Positions 1-12,758 of a DNA stretch of 64,000 nucleotides are shown here, in pieces (the stretch's first letter is position 1; every line of letters begins with the position of its first letter). This stretch comes from Myxococcota bacterium (GTDB lineage Bacteria; Myxococcota_A; UBA796; UBA2385), in NCBI GenBank assembly GCA_044344255.1, contig JBIJDH010000012.1, forward strand, positions 165,300-229,299, written 5' to 3'. A program made the translations under genes and the position numbers. The notes below the pieces were generated by a model. It saw only the letters and a list, made by a program, of their open reading frames with translations, was not told the origin of the DNA and did not search any database.

Positions 1-97
1 CGTAGATGTACGGCTTCATCTTGGGGTTCCACAGGCGGGTCTGGTGACCGAAGTGCACGCCGGCTTCAAGCAGGTCGCGCAGAGAGACGTTGGCCAT
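1..97 (-). CDS. rpsB: 30S ribosomal protein S2, 5' end (runs off window)
   Basis: Manual translation from ATG at 97: [32 protein letters not shown], the canonical S2 N-terminus. Not in ORF track. Confidence 0.97.
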   Translation of the reverse strand, partial: MANVSLRDLLEAGVHFGHQTRLWNPKMKPYIY

Positions 98-215
98 GTT
101 GTTGCTCCAGGGGCACTGCCCCCGTTCGGGTTCTTCGACCGCCGGCGTGGGACTCCCACCAGCGCCCGGGGGGGAGCTGGCACCTCCGGAGTCTCGCGTA
201 GATCCGGCGTGAGAT
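98..215 (-). promoter_or_regulatory. Structured rpsB 5' leader (t44/rpsB-leader-like, putative S2 autoregulation)
   Basis: Nested complementary segments on minus strand (CGCCGG/CCGGCG, GACTCC/GGAGTC, CCAGC/GCTGG) directly upstream of rpsB. Confidence 0.5.
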
Positions 216-353
216 TTCTACCTTTCTCACGGACACTTCTAAGAGGACGAGGACGGGACACTCAAGGCTGCTGTACCGCAGCCCCGCCCAACCGGTCTCC
301 CGGAAGGCCGCCCGGACTAGCACGGGCGGAGGGGCTGAGCAAGCGGCCCCCGG

Positions 354-3422
<3,069 letters not shown>

Positions 3423-3526
3423 GGGAGCTCCAGGGGGACTTGCGCGCGCATCACCGCGGTCGGCCCGAAAGCGCGAATCTGGACGCGGCGGCCCCAGAGT
3501 CAAGAGGGGCGCTGAGGGGCAACCCG

Positions 3527-4522
3527 CTATTCCAGATACTCCAGCGGGTCCACCGGCTGCCCGTCGACATAGATCTCGTAGTGCAGGTGCGGCCCGGTGG
3601 TCTGCCCGGTCATGCCCACCGTGGAGATGACCTGCCCGCGGCGGACGTGGTCGCCGGTGGCGACGAGGAGCTGGGAGTTGTGCGCGTAGCGGGTGACCAC
3701 GCCGTAGCCGTGGTCGACCTCGAGCAGCTTGCCGTAGCCCTGGTCCCAGTCGGCGTAGATCACCACCCCTGCGGCGGGGGCCTTCACCGCGGTGCCGCGG
3801 TCACAGGCGAGGTCGAGGCCGCTGTGGAACTTCCAGCGGCGGTTGAAGGGGCTGCGGCGCCAGCCGAAGCCGCTCGTCAGCAGGGCGTCCACGGGCCAGT
3901 CGGTGGGGATGGCCGCCGTGCGGGAGCGGGCGCCCTCCGCCGCCTCGGCGACCGGACCGAGGCGCGACTCCGCGAAGCGCACCGAGCGCAGCAGCCGCTC
4001 AGCCCGCTCGCCGAGGCGCTCCATCCAGCGACCTGCGTCGTGTCGATCGAGCTCTGCCTCGACCCCGCCCGCAGGCTCGTCCATCATCTCGGTCTGGGCC
4101 TGCCCCACCAGCCGATCGGGCGCCGGCATCGACGCGCCGAGCAAGCCCGCCTCCGCCGCCGGCGAGAGCTCATCGCTCTCGAGGGGGCCGAGGCCGGAGC
4201 TCTCCATCTGGGCTCCATACTGGCGGAGTCGGCGGAGCTCTCGATCCACCTCGTCCATTCGCCCCTCAACCGCCCGGAGCCGGGCCTTGAGGGCGAGGTT
4301 CTCGTCGAGGATCTCCCCCCGGCTCGGCCCGGGGCTGAGGAGCCCCGCTCCGTCCCAGAGCCCGAAGAGCACGACCAGCACGAGCATGCTGAGCAGGATC
4401 ACCACCCGGCGGGCGTCCGCGAGCGTAAAGCTCCACTGGCGGACCGAGCCGCTGGCCCCCTCTGGCACGAACATCACGGTGAACCGTCGTTCGGCGACGG
4501 GCTCATCCGGACGGTCGGTCAT
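3527..4522 (-). CDS. M23 family metallopeptidase with N-terminal TM and coiled coil
   Basis: HSGLD and HLH (TTGPHLHYE) zinc motifs; directly upstream of secA. Confidence 0.92.
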   Translation of the reverse strand: MTDRPDEPVAERRFTVMFVPEGASGSVRQWSFTLADARRVVILLSMLVLVVLFGLWDGAGLLSPGPSRGEILDENLALKARLRAVEGRMDEVDRELRRLRQYGAQMESSGLGPLESDELSPAAEAGLLGASMPAPDRLVGQAQTEMMDEPAGGVEAELDRHDAGRWMERLGERAERLLRSVRFAESRLGPVAEAAEGARSRTAAIPTDWPVDALLTSGFGWRRSPFNRRWKFHSGLDLACDRGTAVKAPAAGVVIYADWDQGYGKLLEVDHGYGVVTRYAHNSQLLVATGDHVRRGQVISTVGMTGQTTGPHLHYEIYVDGQPVDPLEYLE

Positions 4523-5286
4523 GGGACCTCGTCCACCCGCACCACGACCACGGTGATGTTGTCGTCCCCGCCGCGGCTGCAGGCGAGCTCGATCAACCGT
4601 CGAGCGCCCTCCTGCGGACCATGATCGAGCGCCGCTTCGCCCATCTCGCTGGCCTCCACGAGGTTGGAGAGGCCGTCGGAGCAGAGGATGTACCGATCTC
4701 CGCGACGGACGGCGCGGACGCCGATGTCGATCTCGACGTCCTCCATGTAGCCGAGCGAGCGGGTGATGATGTTCTTGAGCTTGTGGTTCTTCGCCTCCTC
4801 CGGCGTGAGGAGGCCTGCCTTGATCTTCTCGTTGACGAGCGAGTGATCCTCGGTGAGCTGCTCGATGCGGCCGTCGCGCACGCAGTACCCGCGGGAGTCG
4901 CCGACGTGGGCGATGTAGGCGTTCCCGCCGTCGATCAGGAGGGCGAGGCAGGTGGTGCCCATGCCCTTGTACTCGGGCTCCTCGGTGGCCTTCTCAAAGA
5001 TGCGCTTCCCCGCTAGCCGGATCGCATACCGGAGCTTCTCCCGAGCGATCTCTACCGGGCCGTCATCCTCCTCGACCGCGAGCTCCTCGGGGCGGAACTC
5101 GTGGGAGGTCAACACCTCCTCGACGGTGTTCACGGCGATCGCGCTCGCGAATTCACCGCCAACGTGCCCACCCATACCGTCGCAGACGACGAACAGGTTG
5201 AGCTCGTCGTTGATCAGGTAATTGTCCTCGTTGTTGGTACGCTTGACACCGACATCGGTGACGCCACAAGAGGTGATCCGCATCAT
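4519..5286 (-). CDS. PP2C-type Ser/Thr protein phosphatase (Stp1/PrpC family)
   Basis: NEDN, VCDGMGGH, HVGDSR, CSDGL, GGDDNIT. Start could be 5331. Confidence 0.95.
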   Translation of the reverse strand: MMRITSCGVTDVGVKRTNNEDNYLINDELNLFVVCDGMGGHVGGEFASAIAVNTVEEVLTSHEFRPEELAVEEDDGPVEIAREKLRYAIRLAGKRIFEKATEEPEYKGMGTTCLALLIDGGNAYIAHVGDSRGYCVRDGRIEQLTEDHSLVNEKIKAGLLTPEEAKNHKLKNIITRSLGYMEDVEIDIGVRAVRRGDRYILCSDGLSNLVEASEMGEAALDHGPQEGARRLIELACSRGGDDNITVVVVRVDEVP

Positions 5287-5403
5287 GCGCTCCGAACCGC
5301 GGTGCGCGTCCGGAGCAGGAGGCTCCGACACCGCTCCGAGGCGTGAATTCGATAAGGTAATGCCCGGCGGGCGGGGACGTCCAACCGAGATCGGCCCCCC
5401 TCG

Positions 5404-6282
5404 TCAAACGGGCTCGCACCCAGGATCGGGCGCTGCGTCGAGGGGGGCGACGAGGGGGGCGACGAGGGGGGCGACGAGGCAGGCCGTGAGCCGCTCGAGC
5501 TCGCCGAGGCTGAGCTCGGCGGGGCGACGGTTGGGATCGATCTTCGCGTCCAGCAGCGCCTGATCGACGTGCGCGCGATCCCAGCGGGTCGACAGCGGGT
5601 TGCGGATCGACTTCCGCGGCGCCGAGAAGGCCACCCGCGCGACACGCTCGAGGGCATCCGCGTCGGCCACCCGGGGCGCGGCGAGGAGCTCGAGCACCAC
5701 CACCGCGGAGTCGACCTTGGGGGGCGGGTGGAAGCAGCCCGGCGGCACCTTCAGGGCCACCTTGCCGATCGCGCGGGCCTCGACGAAGACGGAGAGCGAG
5801 CCCCGATCGCGATCTCCAGCCGGCGCCACGAGGCGCAGGGCCACCTCCCGCTGCACCATCACGACGACCCGCCCGAAGGTGGCGGGCTCTCGGAGCAGCG
5901 AGAGGAGGATCGTCGTCCCCACGTTGTAGGGCAGGTTCGCGACCACCGTCCAGCCGGGCCCGCCGAGCAGGGCCGACCAGTCGGAGATGGCGGCGGCGTC
6001 CGCCTCGACGAGGCGAAAGCGCGGGTTGTCGCCGAAGCGCTCCCGGTTGATGGCCGCCATGTCACGATCCAGCTCGACGGCCACCACCGTGGCGCCCGTC
6101 TCGAGCAGGAGCTCGGTCATCACGCCCAGGCCGGGCCCAATCTCCAGCACCTTCGAGCCCGGACCGACCCCGCCGAGCGCGACGATGCGCCGGACGACAC
6201 CCTCCGCGGCGAGGAAGTGCTGGCCGAAGCGCTTTCGCGCCTGGCCGCCGAAGCGTCGGAGGATCGAGGTGGGGTGCTCCAT
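5404..6282 (-). CDS. rsmA: 16S rRNA m6,2A dimethyltransferase RsmA/KsgA
   Basis: KRFGQHFL, LEIGPGLG, VANLPYN, MVQREVA, PPPKVDSAV. Start abuts the tsaD stop. Confidence 0.96.
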   Translation of the reverse strand: MEHPTSILRRFGGQARKRFGQHFLAAEGVVRRIVALGGVGPGSKVLEIGPGLGVMTELLLETGATVVAVELDRDMAAINRERFGDNPRFRLVEADAAAISDWSALLGGPGWTVVANLPYNVGTTILLSLLREPATFGRVVVMVQREVALRLVAPAGDRDRGSLSVFVEARAIGKVALKVPPGCFHPPPKVDSAVVVLELLAAPRVADADALERVARVAFSAPRKSIRNPLSTRWDRAHVDQALLDAKIDPNRRPAELSLGELERLTACLVAPLVAPLVAPLDAAPDPGCEPV

Positions 6283-7289
6283 CAGGTCCCTGGGGCCCAG
6301 CTCGGGCGCGCGTTCAGGCTGAGCGGGTCGCTGCGACCGGCGAGGAGGTGCAGGCGCCCACAGTGGGCGATCATCGCGCCATTGTCCGTGCATCGCTCGC
6401 GCGGGGGGAGGAAGACCTCGAGCGGCAGGCCCTGGAGGCGGGCCCGCAGCCGGCTGTTCGCGGCCACCCCGCCGCCGATGGCCACCCGCGGGATGCCCGT
6501 CTCCCGGGCGGCCCGCAGCACCCGGTCGCAGAGCACATCGACCACGGCCTCCTGGAAGGAGCAGGCGACGTCAGCGTCTGCGGCCCGGTCGGGGCTCGCG
6601 AGGTGCACGCGCACCGCGGACTTGAGGCCCGAGAAAGAGAGGTCGAGCGGACCGCCGCGCATCACCTCTCGTCGCCGCTGGATCAGGTGTTCACCCACGA
6701 GGCGCGCGCGCGGAAACTCAAGGATGTCTCTCCCCTCTCTCGCGAGGCGATCGATCGCTGGACCGCCGGGGTAGCCGAGGCCCATCATGCGGGCCACCTT
6801 GTCGTAGGCCTCGCCCGCCGCGTCATCGATGGTCTGGGCCAGCACCTCATAGCGGCCCACCTCCCGCGCGAGGTACAGCGAGCTGTGACCGCCGGACACG
6901 ACGAGCGAGAGGAACGGAAAGGCGGGCGCGGGATCTTCGAGGAGGGGGCTCAGCAGGTGCGCCTCGAGGTGGTTGACCCCGATGAAGGGCACCCCCCAGC
7001 CCGCCGCCAAGGCCTTGCCCATCCCGAGGCCGACGAGGATCGCCCCGATGAGGCCGGGCCCGGCGGTGGCGGCGACGGCGTCGGGGCGCTCGACCCCCGC
7101 CGAATCGAGGGCCGCGACCACGGTGGGCACGATCTTCTCGATGTGGGCCCGGCTGGCGAGCTCGGGAACCACCCCGCCATACGCGGCGTGTACGGCCTGG
7201 CTGTGGATGACGTCGCTCCGCACCCCCCCGCCGTCGACGACGGCCGCGGCGGTCTCGTCGCAGCTCGTCTCGATGCCCAGCACCACCAT
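6282..7289 (-). CDS. tsaD: tRNA t6A37 threonylcarbamoyltransferase TsaD
   Basis: LGIETSCDET, GGVVPELASRAH, NHLEAH, VSGGHS, DDAAGEAYDK, TDNGAMIA. Confidence 0.97.
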   Translation of the reverse strand: MVVLGIETSCDETAAAVVDGGGVRSDVIHSQAVHAAYGGVVPELASRAHIEKIVPTVVAALDSAGVERPDAVAATAGPGLIGAILVGLGMGKALAAGWGVPFIGVNHLEAHLLSPLLEDPAPAFPFLSLVVSGGHSSLYLAREVGRYEVLAQTIDDAAGEAYDKVARMMGLGYPGGPAIDRLAREGRDILEFPRARLVGEHLIQRRREVMRGGPLDLSFSGLKSAVRVHLASPDRAADADVACSFQEAVVDVLCDRVLRAARETGIPRVAIGGGVAANSRLRARLQGLPLEVFLPPRERCTDNGAMIAHCGRLHLLAGRSDPLSLNARPSWAPGT

Positions 7290-7339
7290 CTCGCGCTCCC
7301 CTGGGCCCGAGCCCTGGCAACCCCCGCCCACACAGCGAT

Positions 7340-7380
7340 CCCGCTGAACCAAACCCGCTGAACCAAACCCGCTGAACCGA
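7340..7380. repeat. 14-bp tandem repeat (CCGCTGAACCAAAC, ~3 copies)
   Basis: Directly visible between the cytochrome gene and tsaD. Confidence 0.85.
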
Positions 7381-7394
7381 CCCCGACCGACCCT

Positions 7395-8945
7395 TCAGGG
7401 GCGGGCGGGCCCGTGGACCACACGCGGGAGGTAGGCCGCATAATCGAAGCGGCCCTCGTCGCGCACCCCGTCGTGACAAGCGGTGCAGGCGGTCGCGCCG
7501 TCGAGGGGGCGGGGCGGCGTGGTCGCGGGTGCGGCGGCGTGCGCTCGCCCCGGGCCGTGACAGGACTCACAGCCGACGTCCTTCAGCTCGCCCACCTCGG
7601 CCGGGCTGGAGGGGCCGCCGGGCTGCTCGGCGCCGGTGGCGTGGCAGCTAAAGCAGGCCTGGTCTCCCGAACGGCCCTGGGCCTGCAGCGTGGCCCAAGC
7701 GCGCGCGTGGGCGGTGCCGCGCCACTGCGCCGTCTCGGCGGGGTGGCAGCCCGCGCAGGCGGGCGACCCGACGTAGGGGCCTGCTTGGAGGGAGGCGACC
7801 TGCGCGGCCGGGGTGGCCGGGGTGGCCGCCGCCGTGCCGTCGATCTTCAGCTTCACCTCCGCCACCCGCGCCGCGATCTCCGCGTCGTCGGCGATGGTGG
7901 CGTCGAGGCCGACCAGGGTGGAGCGGATGTCGTGGGCGGGGCTCGCGGTCCCCTCGGTGGCGGCCTCGAGCTGAGCGGAGAGCCGCGCGACCTCACCCTC
8001 GAAGTAGACCACCCGCTTCTTCTTTCGTTCGTAGCCCGGCGTACCGGCCGGCTCCTTCGCGAGCTCGGCCTCGGCGGCCTTCTGCCGCGCGCGGGTGCGG
8101 TCGACCTGGGAGGCCAGCGCGGAGCGGGCGTCGGCCGAGCGGAAGCCGTGGGCCCCGGGCACGAGGGTGAGCGCGGCCACGCCGAGCGACTTGCCGCGGC
8201 TTCCCGAGGCGAGGCCCAGGCTGTCAGCGTCAAGCGAGCGGGGCGGGCTGTACTGAGCGCTGGTGCCCCCGGCGACCACGAGGTCGAGGCCAGGGACGGC
8301 GGAGAGGCGCGGGAGATCATCGGCCACCAGCTGGCTGAGAGCGACGATGACATCGACGTCGCCGAGGGCCCGAACGGCCGCCTCCGCGGCGGCGATGGGG
8401 TCGCCCACGACGCAGCCATCGGGGACCCGCGCACCCTGGCCGATCAGCCCGACGAGGCCCACGCGCAGGTCAGCCTGCTCGGCCACTCGCGTCGACGGCC
8501 AGGGCGCCTCCCCGTCACAGCGGAGGTTCGCCGCCAACATCGGCACGCCGGTCCGCTGCACGGTCTCCCGCAGCCAGGGGAGCCCCAGCGCGAGGTCACC
8601 CTCCCCAGGGACGAGGCCGTCCAGCCCACCCTTGGCGTAGGCCTCGAGGATGAGCTCTCCTTTGATGCGGAGCTGCTCGACCTTGGCCTCGGCGACCATC
8701 GGGGAGCGCCAGGCGAAGTTTCCGCCGTCCACCACAAAGACCGGCCCCTTGGCCCTCGCCTCCTTGATCACCGTCGCACGCCGGGGCAGACCGCCCTGGG
8801 GGTGCTTGGGTCAGCCACAGGGCTCGATCTCTCCCTCGACATCGTGCGAATAGACCAGCGTGAAGGCCCGATCCGTGCCCTGCGTGCTGGCGCCGTTGCC
8901 CCCGCAGGCCCCGAGCGCGAGCAGCGGTATCCAGTGCGCCTTCAT
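7395..8945 (-). CDS. Selenocysteine-containing lipoprotein: UshA/5'-nucleotidase-like N-domain fused to a tetraheme c-type cytochrome (c554-like)
   Basis: ATG at 8945 overlaps upstream stop (ATGA). MKAHWIPLLALGAC lipobox; YSHDVEGEIEPCG-UGA(8813-8811)-PKHPQGGLPRR continues in frame into ORF 7395..8771. VDGGN and PGEGDL metallophosphatase-like motifs; CAGCH, CFSCH, CESCH, CTACH. Confidence 0.85.
8775..8810 (-). promoter_or_regulatory. Putative bacterial SECIS hairpin immediately 3' of the in-frame UGA
   Basis: mRNA after UGA: CCCAA-GCAC-CCCCA-GGGC-GGUCU-GCCC-CGGC-GUGC. Nested stems with a G-initiated apical loop. Confidence 0.7.
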
Positions 8946-10516
8946 CGTTGCTGCTCCACTCCGCTCGGCCGCTCGGGGAGCCGCGGGCCTCCCGGCGGTC
9001 CACCAGACGGAGGGGCGCCACCGGCTTCGGGTGCGGGCTCCTCGGCGACCGAGGGGATGCGCTCCTTTCGAGCCGCCTTCTCCGAGTCTCGCTCCCCCTT
9101 TCGATTGCCCTCGCGGATCAGGTCGCGGATCACGCTCAGCACTCGCAGATCGACGAGGTAGACCGACCGGTCGTCACCCACCGAGACATACCGCCGCTCG
9201 CGGGGGTGCCCCTCCGGATCGGCCTCGGCGGGCCCGGCGCTGCCCACCCGCACCACCCGAGTGTTGCCGGCGGCGTCGGTGAGGGTGACCACGGCGACCG
9301 GGTTGTCGAGGCCGTAGGTGGCGAGGTTGGTGGCGGCGTCGGTCACGAAGGACTCGACCTGGAGGTCGGCCAGGGTCTCGGCCACCCGCTCGGGGGTGCT
9401 GCCGGGGACGGGCACGCCGTCGCGCCACACCCACTGCTCAGCGGCGTAGCGGACACCCTGCTGACCGGCGAGGTCCTCATCGGGGGGCTCGGCGCGCAGC
9501 GTGGCGTCGACCCCGGTCACGTCTGCTGCCTTCATGCTGACGATCTTCCGGTTTCGAAGCTCCGTCGGGTCTTCCGAGAACTCCTCGAGCAGGCCCCGCC
9601 GCGCGACGTAGACCGTGTCATCGCCCGAGAGCATCATGTAGGCCAGCTCTTCAAAGCGGCTCTCGGCGGGAGCGTCCTTGCCGACGAGCAGCCGCAGAGG
9701 CTCCCGAGAGGCGAAGGTGACGGTGATGTCGGCGCGGGGCTCGGCGAGCCCGTACTCGGCCAGCTTATCCGCGGGGGCCCCGGCCTCGAGCTGGATGAAG
9801 CTGTCCGCCTTCAGCGCGCTCACCCGGCCGAAGAGGCGACGGACGCGGTCGTCCTCCGCGCCCATCTCGACCGGCTTGTGCATCTGCCACTGCCGCTCGC
9901 CGACACCCTCGATGACGAGGTCTCGGGTCACTCCGTCCAGGCGGAGCGAGGCGGAGATGCCAGTGGCGTCCTTGCCGTCGAAGCTCGCGAAGCGGCGCTC
10001 GCGGAACTCTTCCAGCGTGAGCCCGTAGTAGTCCACCGCCGACTTCTTGACCGTGTAGACCATCGAGCCCGGCACGGGCTGGATGTAGTAGCTGACCGCG
10101 GTGGGGTTCGGATCACCGGCCAGGAACTCGAGGCTGCGCCCGTCCCGGAGGGTGAGCACGACGTGGATCGCGTTGGCGCCCAGGCCGTAGAGCTCAGGCT
10201 CCTCGGGATCCTCGATCACGGTGGCCCGGGCGGTGAGGTCGTGGATCTGGTGCTTGACCCGGTTCACCATCGAGCGGCCGGCGGTGAAGTCGGTCCCCTC
10301 GATCGTCCATTCGCCGTCCTTCTCCACGAGCGCGATGGTCGGCTTCTTCGGGTTCTGGACCTCGATGCGCACGAGGTCCTGCTTCTCGAAGGTGAAGAGG
10401 CGGGTCTCCTCGACGGTGACCTTCGTCTGGAACAGCTCCGGCTTGACGATCCGCACGACCACCGCGCAGAGGACGAGCACCAGGAGCGCGATCAGCGTCC
10501 CTCGAAAAGCCTTCAC
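8942..10516 (-). CDS. DUF4340-domain protein (Gld-type ABC accessory)
   Basis: N-terminal TM; repeated YGL.P / L.VG motifs; follows GldG-like gene with 4-nt overlap. Confidence 0.8.
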   Translation of the reverse strand: MKAFRGTLIALLVLVLCAVVVRIVKPELFQTKVTVEETRLFTFEKQDLVRIEVQNPKKPTIALVEKDGEWTIEGTDFTAGRSMVNRVKHQIHDLTARATVIEDPEEPELYGLGANAIHVVLTLRDGRSLEFLAGDPNPTAVSYYIQPVPGSMVYTVKKSAVDYYGLTLEEFRERRFASFDGKDATGISASLRLDGVTRDLVIEGVGERQWQMHKPVEMGAEDDRVRRLFGRVSALKADSFIQLEAGAPADKLAEYGLAEPRADITVTFASREPLRLLVGKDAPAESRFEELAYMMLSGDDTVYVARRGLLEEFSEDPTELRNRKIVSMKAADVTGVDATLRAEPPDEDLAGQQGVRYAAEQWVWRDGVPVPGSTPERVAETLADLQVESFVTDAATNLATYGLDNPVAVVTLTDAAGNTRVVRVGSAGPAEADPEGHPRERRYVSVGDDRSVYLVDLRVLSVIRDLIREGNRKGERDSEKAARKERIPSVAEEPAPEAGGAPPSGGPPGGPRLPERPSGVEQQR

Positions 10517-11994
10517 CGCCCCCTCCGCGTGAACCAGGTGCCGATGCCGATCAACAGCACGACGATCGGCATGAAGCCGAGGCAGATCAGCCGCACCATG
10601 CCCATCTCCTCTTCGGTCAGCGCGAGGCGCCGGACCTGCGCGGCTCGCCCGACCCCGCCGGTGTCGACGCCGAGGCGCCGGTCCTCACCCGTGAGCCAGT
10701 GGACGCTGTTGACCGCAAAGGCGCCGTTGCCGGGCCCCTCGGCGAGCATCGCGTTGGTGAAGGCGTCACCGTCGCCCACAATGAGGATCCGGGCCGCGGT
10801 CTTGCTCGAGCGGACGAGGCCCTTGCCCGGCTGGAGCTCGAGGGCCACGGCCATGTCGACCGGACCGGCGCCGTCGATCGTGGGCTCGTAGACCGCCGCT
10901 CCGCCGACCACCTTCCCGCCTCGGTCGATCCAGCCTTCGCGGCTGCTCACGAGCACGGGGGACACCCGCAGCCCCTCCGGAGGGGGAGCGGCGACTTGGA
11001 CGGGCGCCGGGTGCGCGAGGATGGTGGTGAGCTTGTTGGCCGAGAGATCGGCGGTGATGGGGTGGCTCTTGTACCGGGGGATGGGGCGATCCCGATAGGG
11101 CACCTGCATCTCCGGCTGGAGGGCCACCCCCTCGGGGATGCGCACCCCGAGCCGGTCGAACAGGACGGGGACGGGGGTCCCCACGTCGATGGCGAAGAGC
11201 ACAGCGCCGCCGCGGCCGACCCAGGCCAGCAGCGTGTCCTCCTCTTGCGGCGTGAGGGCCGCGCGCGGGCGAGCCACGAAGACCACCGAGGCGTCATCGG
11301 GGATTCGGGGGAGCTCCCCCTCGCGCGTGGTGGCGAGCAGGTTCAGGGGCTCGGCGTCGTAGCGCTCCTGATCGAGGGCAGCCACGAGGTCAGAGATGCC
11401 GTCGGGGCCGCGATCTTCAGGGTCAAGCTCCCCGTGCCCGGAGAGGATGTAGACGGTGCGCCGGGTGGGGGACATGAGCTGGGCGAAGCCGCGGCTGAGC
11501 GCCCCCTCTCCCAGGAATTCGATCCTGCGCCCCTCGGCCTTGCCGGCGCGACGAAAGAGGTCGCGGTCCTTCAAGTCGACACGATCCTTGCCGCGCTGGA
11601 TGACGACGTGACCGTACTCGGTGACGCCGAGGTCTTCGGCGGTCAGCCGCTCCTGGTCAAAGTTCACCTGCCGCCAGGTGATGACCTTGCTCTCCGCGCC
11701 GACGCTGCGGAGGAGGTCCTTCATCGCACGGTCCTTGAAGTAGCTGTCCTCCTTGCCGTTCTGGTTCGTGAAGGCGGTGACCGTGACGGGCTCGCCGTCG
11801 GTGTCGAGCAGGCGCAGCTTCTCGACCGTCTCCAGCTGGAGCGTGTTGCTCGCGCCCTCGGAGAGATCGAGGCGGCTGCGGTAGTGATCGGCCAGCACAT
11901 AGACCAGCACCAGCACCGCGAGGACCATGACGGTGACGAGCGAGGCGTTGGACCCGTAGGTCAACACCCGCCGTGTGGACTGTCTCACCGCCAC
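10513..11994 (-). CDS. GldG-family ABC-type uncharacterised transport auxiliary component
   Basis: RLDLSE, YILSGHGE, ILIVGDGD, N- and C-terminal TM ending WFTRR. Confidence 0.85.
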   Translation of the reverse strand: MAVRQSTRRVLTYGSNASLVTVMVLAVLVLVYVLADHYRSRLDLSEGASNTLQLETVEKLRLLDTDGEPVTVTAFTNQNGKEDSYFKDRAMKDLLRSVGAESKVITWRQVNFDQERLTAEDLGVTEYGHVVIQRGKDRVDLKDRDLFRRAGKAEGRRIEFLGEGALSRGFAQLMSPTRRTVYILSGHGELDPEDRGPDGISDLVAALDQERYDAEPLNLLATTREGELPRIPDDASVVFVARPRAALTPQEEDTLLAWVGRGGAVLFAIDVGTPVPVLFDRLGVRIPEGVALQPEMQVPYRDRPIPRYKSHPITADLSANKLTTILAHPAPVQVAAPPPEGLRVSPVLVSSREGWIDRGGKVVGGAAVYEPTIDGAGPVDMAVALELQPGKGLVRSSKTAARILIVGDGDAFTNAMLAEGPGNGAFAVNSVHWLTGEDRRLGVDTGGVGRAAQVRRLALTEEEMGMVRLICLGFMPIVVLLIGIGTWFTRRGR

Positions 11995-12698
11995 CTCCGA
12001 GACTCGATGCTCCGCCAGGTCAAGAAGAGGAAGGCGAAGGTGAAGAGCACGAACCAGAGCACGTCGGCGGAGTCGATCACCCCGCGGGTGAAGGGCTCGA
12101 CGTGGGTGAGAAAGGCGATGTGCCGCATCGTGGTCCGCAGCCAGTCCACGCTCACCATGTCAGCGGCGGTGCCGGCCAGCCAGAAGGGCAGGAGCAGGAT
12201 CACCCCCCCCAGGCCCGCCGCGACGGGCTCGTCGGTGAGGCTGGAGCTGAACAGACCGGCGGAGACGAAGGCCGCGCAACAGAGGAAGAGGCCGAGGTAG
12301 CTCGTGGCGATGATCCCCCAGTCCGGATCGCCATAATAGGCGAGCACCAGCGGGAAGATCCCCGTGCCCGCCAGCAAGAGCACGCAGAGCATCAGGCTCG
12401 CCGCCCACTTGCCGGTGAGGAGGGCCCAGAGGGGAACCGGGGCGGTCATCATCAGCTCGAAGGTGCCGCTGCGCCGCTCTTCCGCGAAGTGTTTCATCGT
12501 CAGCAGCGGCAGAAGGAACAGCAACGTGACCGACAGGTTGCCGAGCATCACCCGGAGGCTGGCCTCCCCCGTCATCGAGATGCCGAGGTAGAAGAACAGT
12601 CCCGCGAGGAACAGAAAGACGCCGAGAAAGACGTACGCGAGCGGGCTCACGAAGTAGACCCGCATCTCTTTCTTGAAGATGGCCCAAGCGATGCTCAT
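11985..12698 (-). CDS. ABC-2 permease (GldF-like)
   Basis: IFKKEMRVYFVSPLAY, PLLTMKHFAEERRSGTFELMMTAP, multiple TMs. Confidence 0.92.
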   Translation of the reverse strand: MSIAWAIFKKEMRVYFVSPLAYVFLGVFLFLAGLFFYLGISMTGEASLRVMLGNLSVTLLFLLPLLTMKHFAEERRSGTFELMMTAPVPLWALLTGKWAASLMLCVLLLAGTGIFPLVLAYYGDPDWGIIATSYLGLFLCCAAFVSAGLFSSSLTDEPVAAGLGGVILLLPFWLAGTAADMVSVDWLRTTMRHIAFLTHVEPFTRGVIDSADVLWFVLFTFAFLFLTWRSIESRRWR

Positions 12699-12758
12699 TC
12701 CCCTCCCCTCGACCTTCTCATGAGTCCGAATCCCGCGCGAGATCCCCGGAGGGGCAGA

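Noticed and set aside
8811..8813. In-frame TGA read as a nonsense mutation (pseudogene)
   Set aside because: CxU context, adjacent SECIS-like hairpin and intact flanking frames favour selenocysteine, pending a selABCD check.
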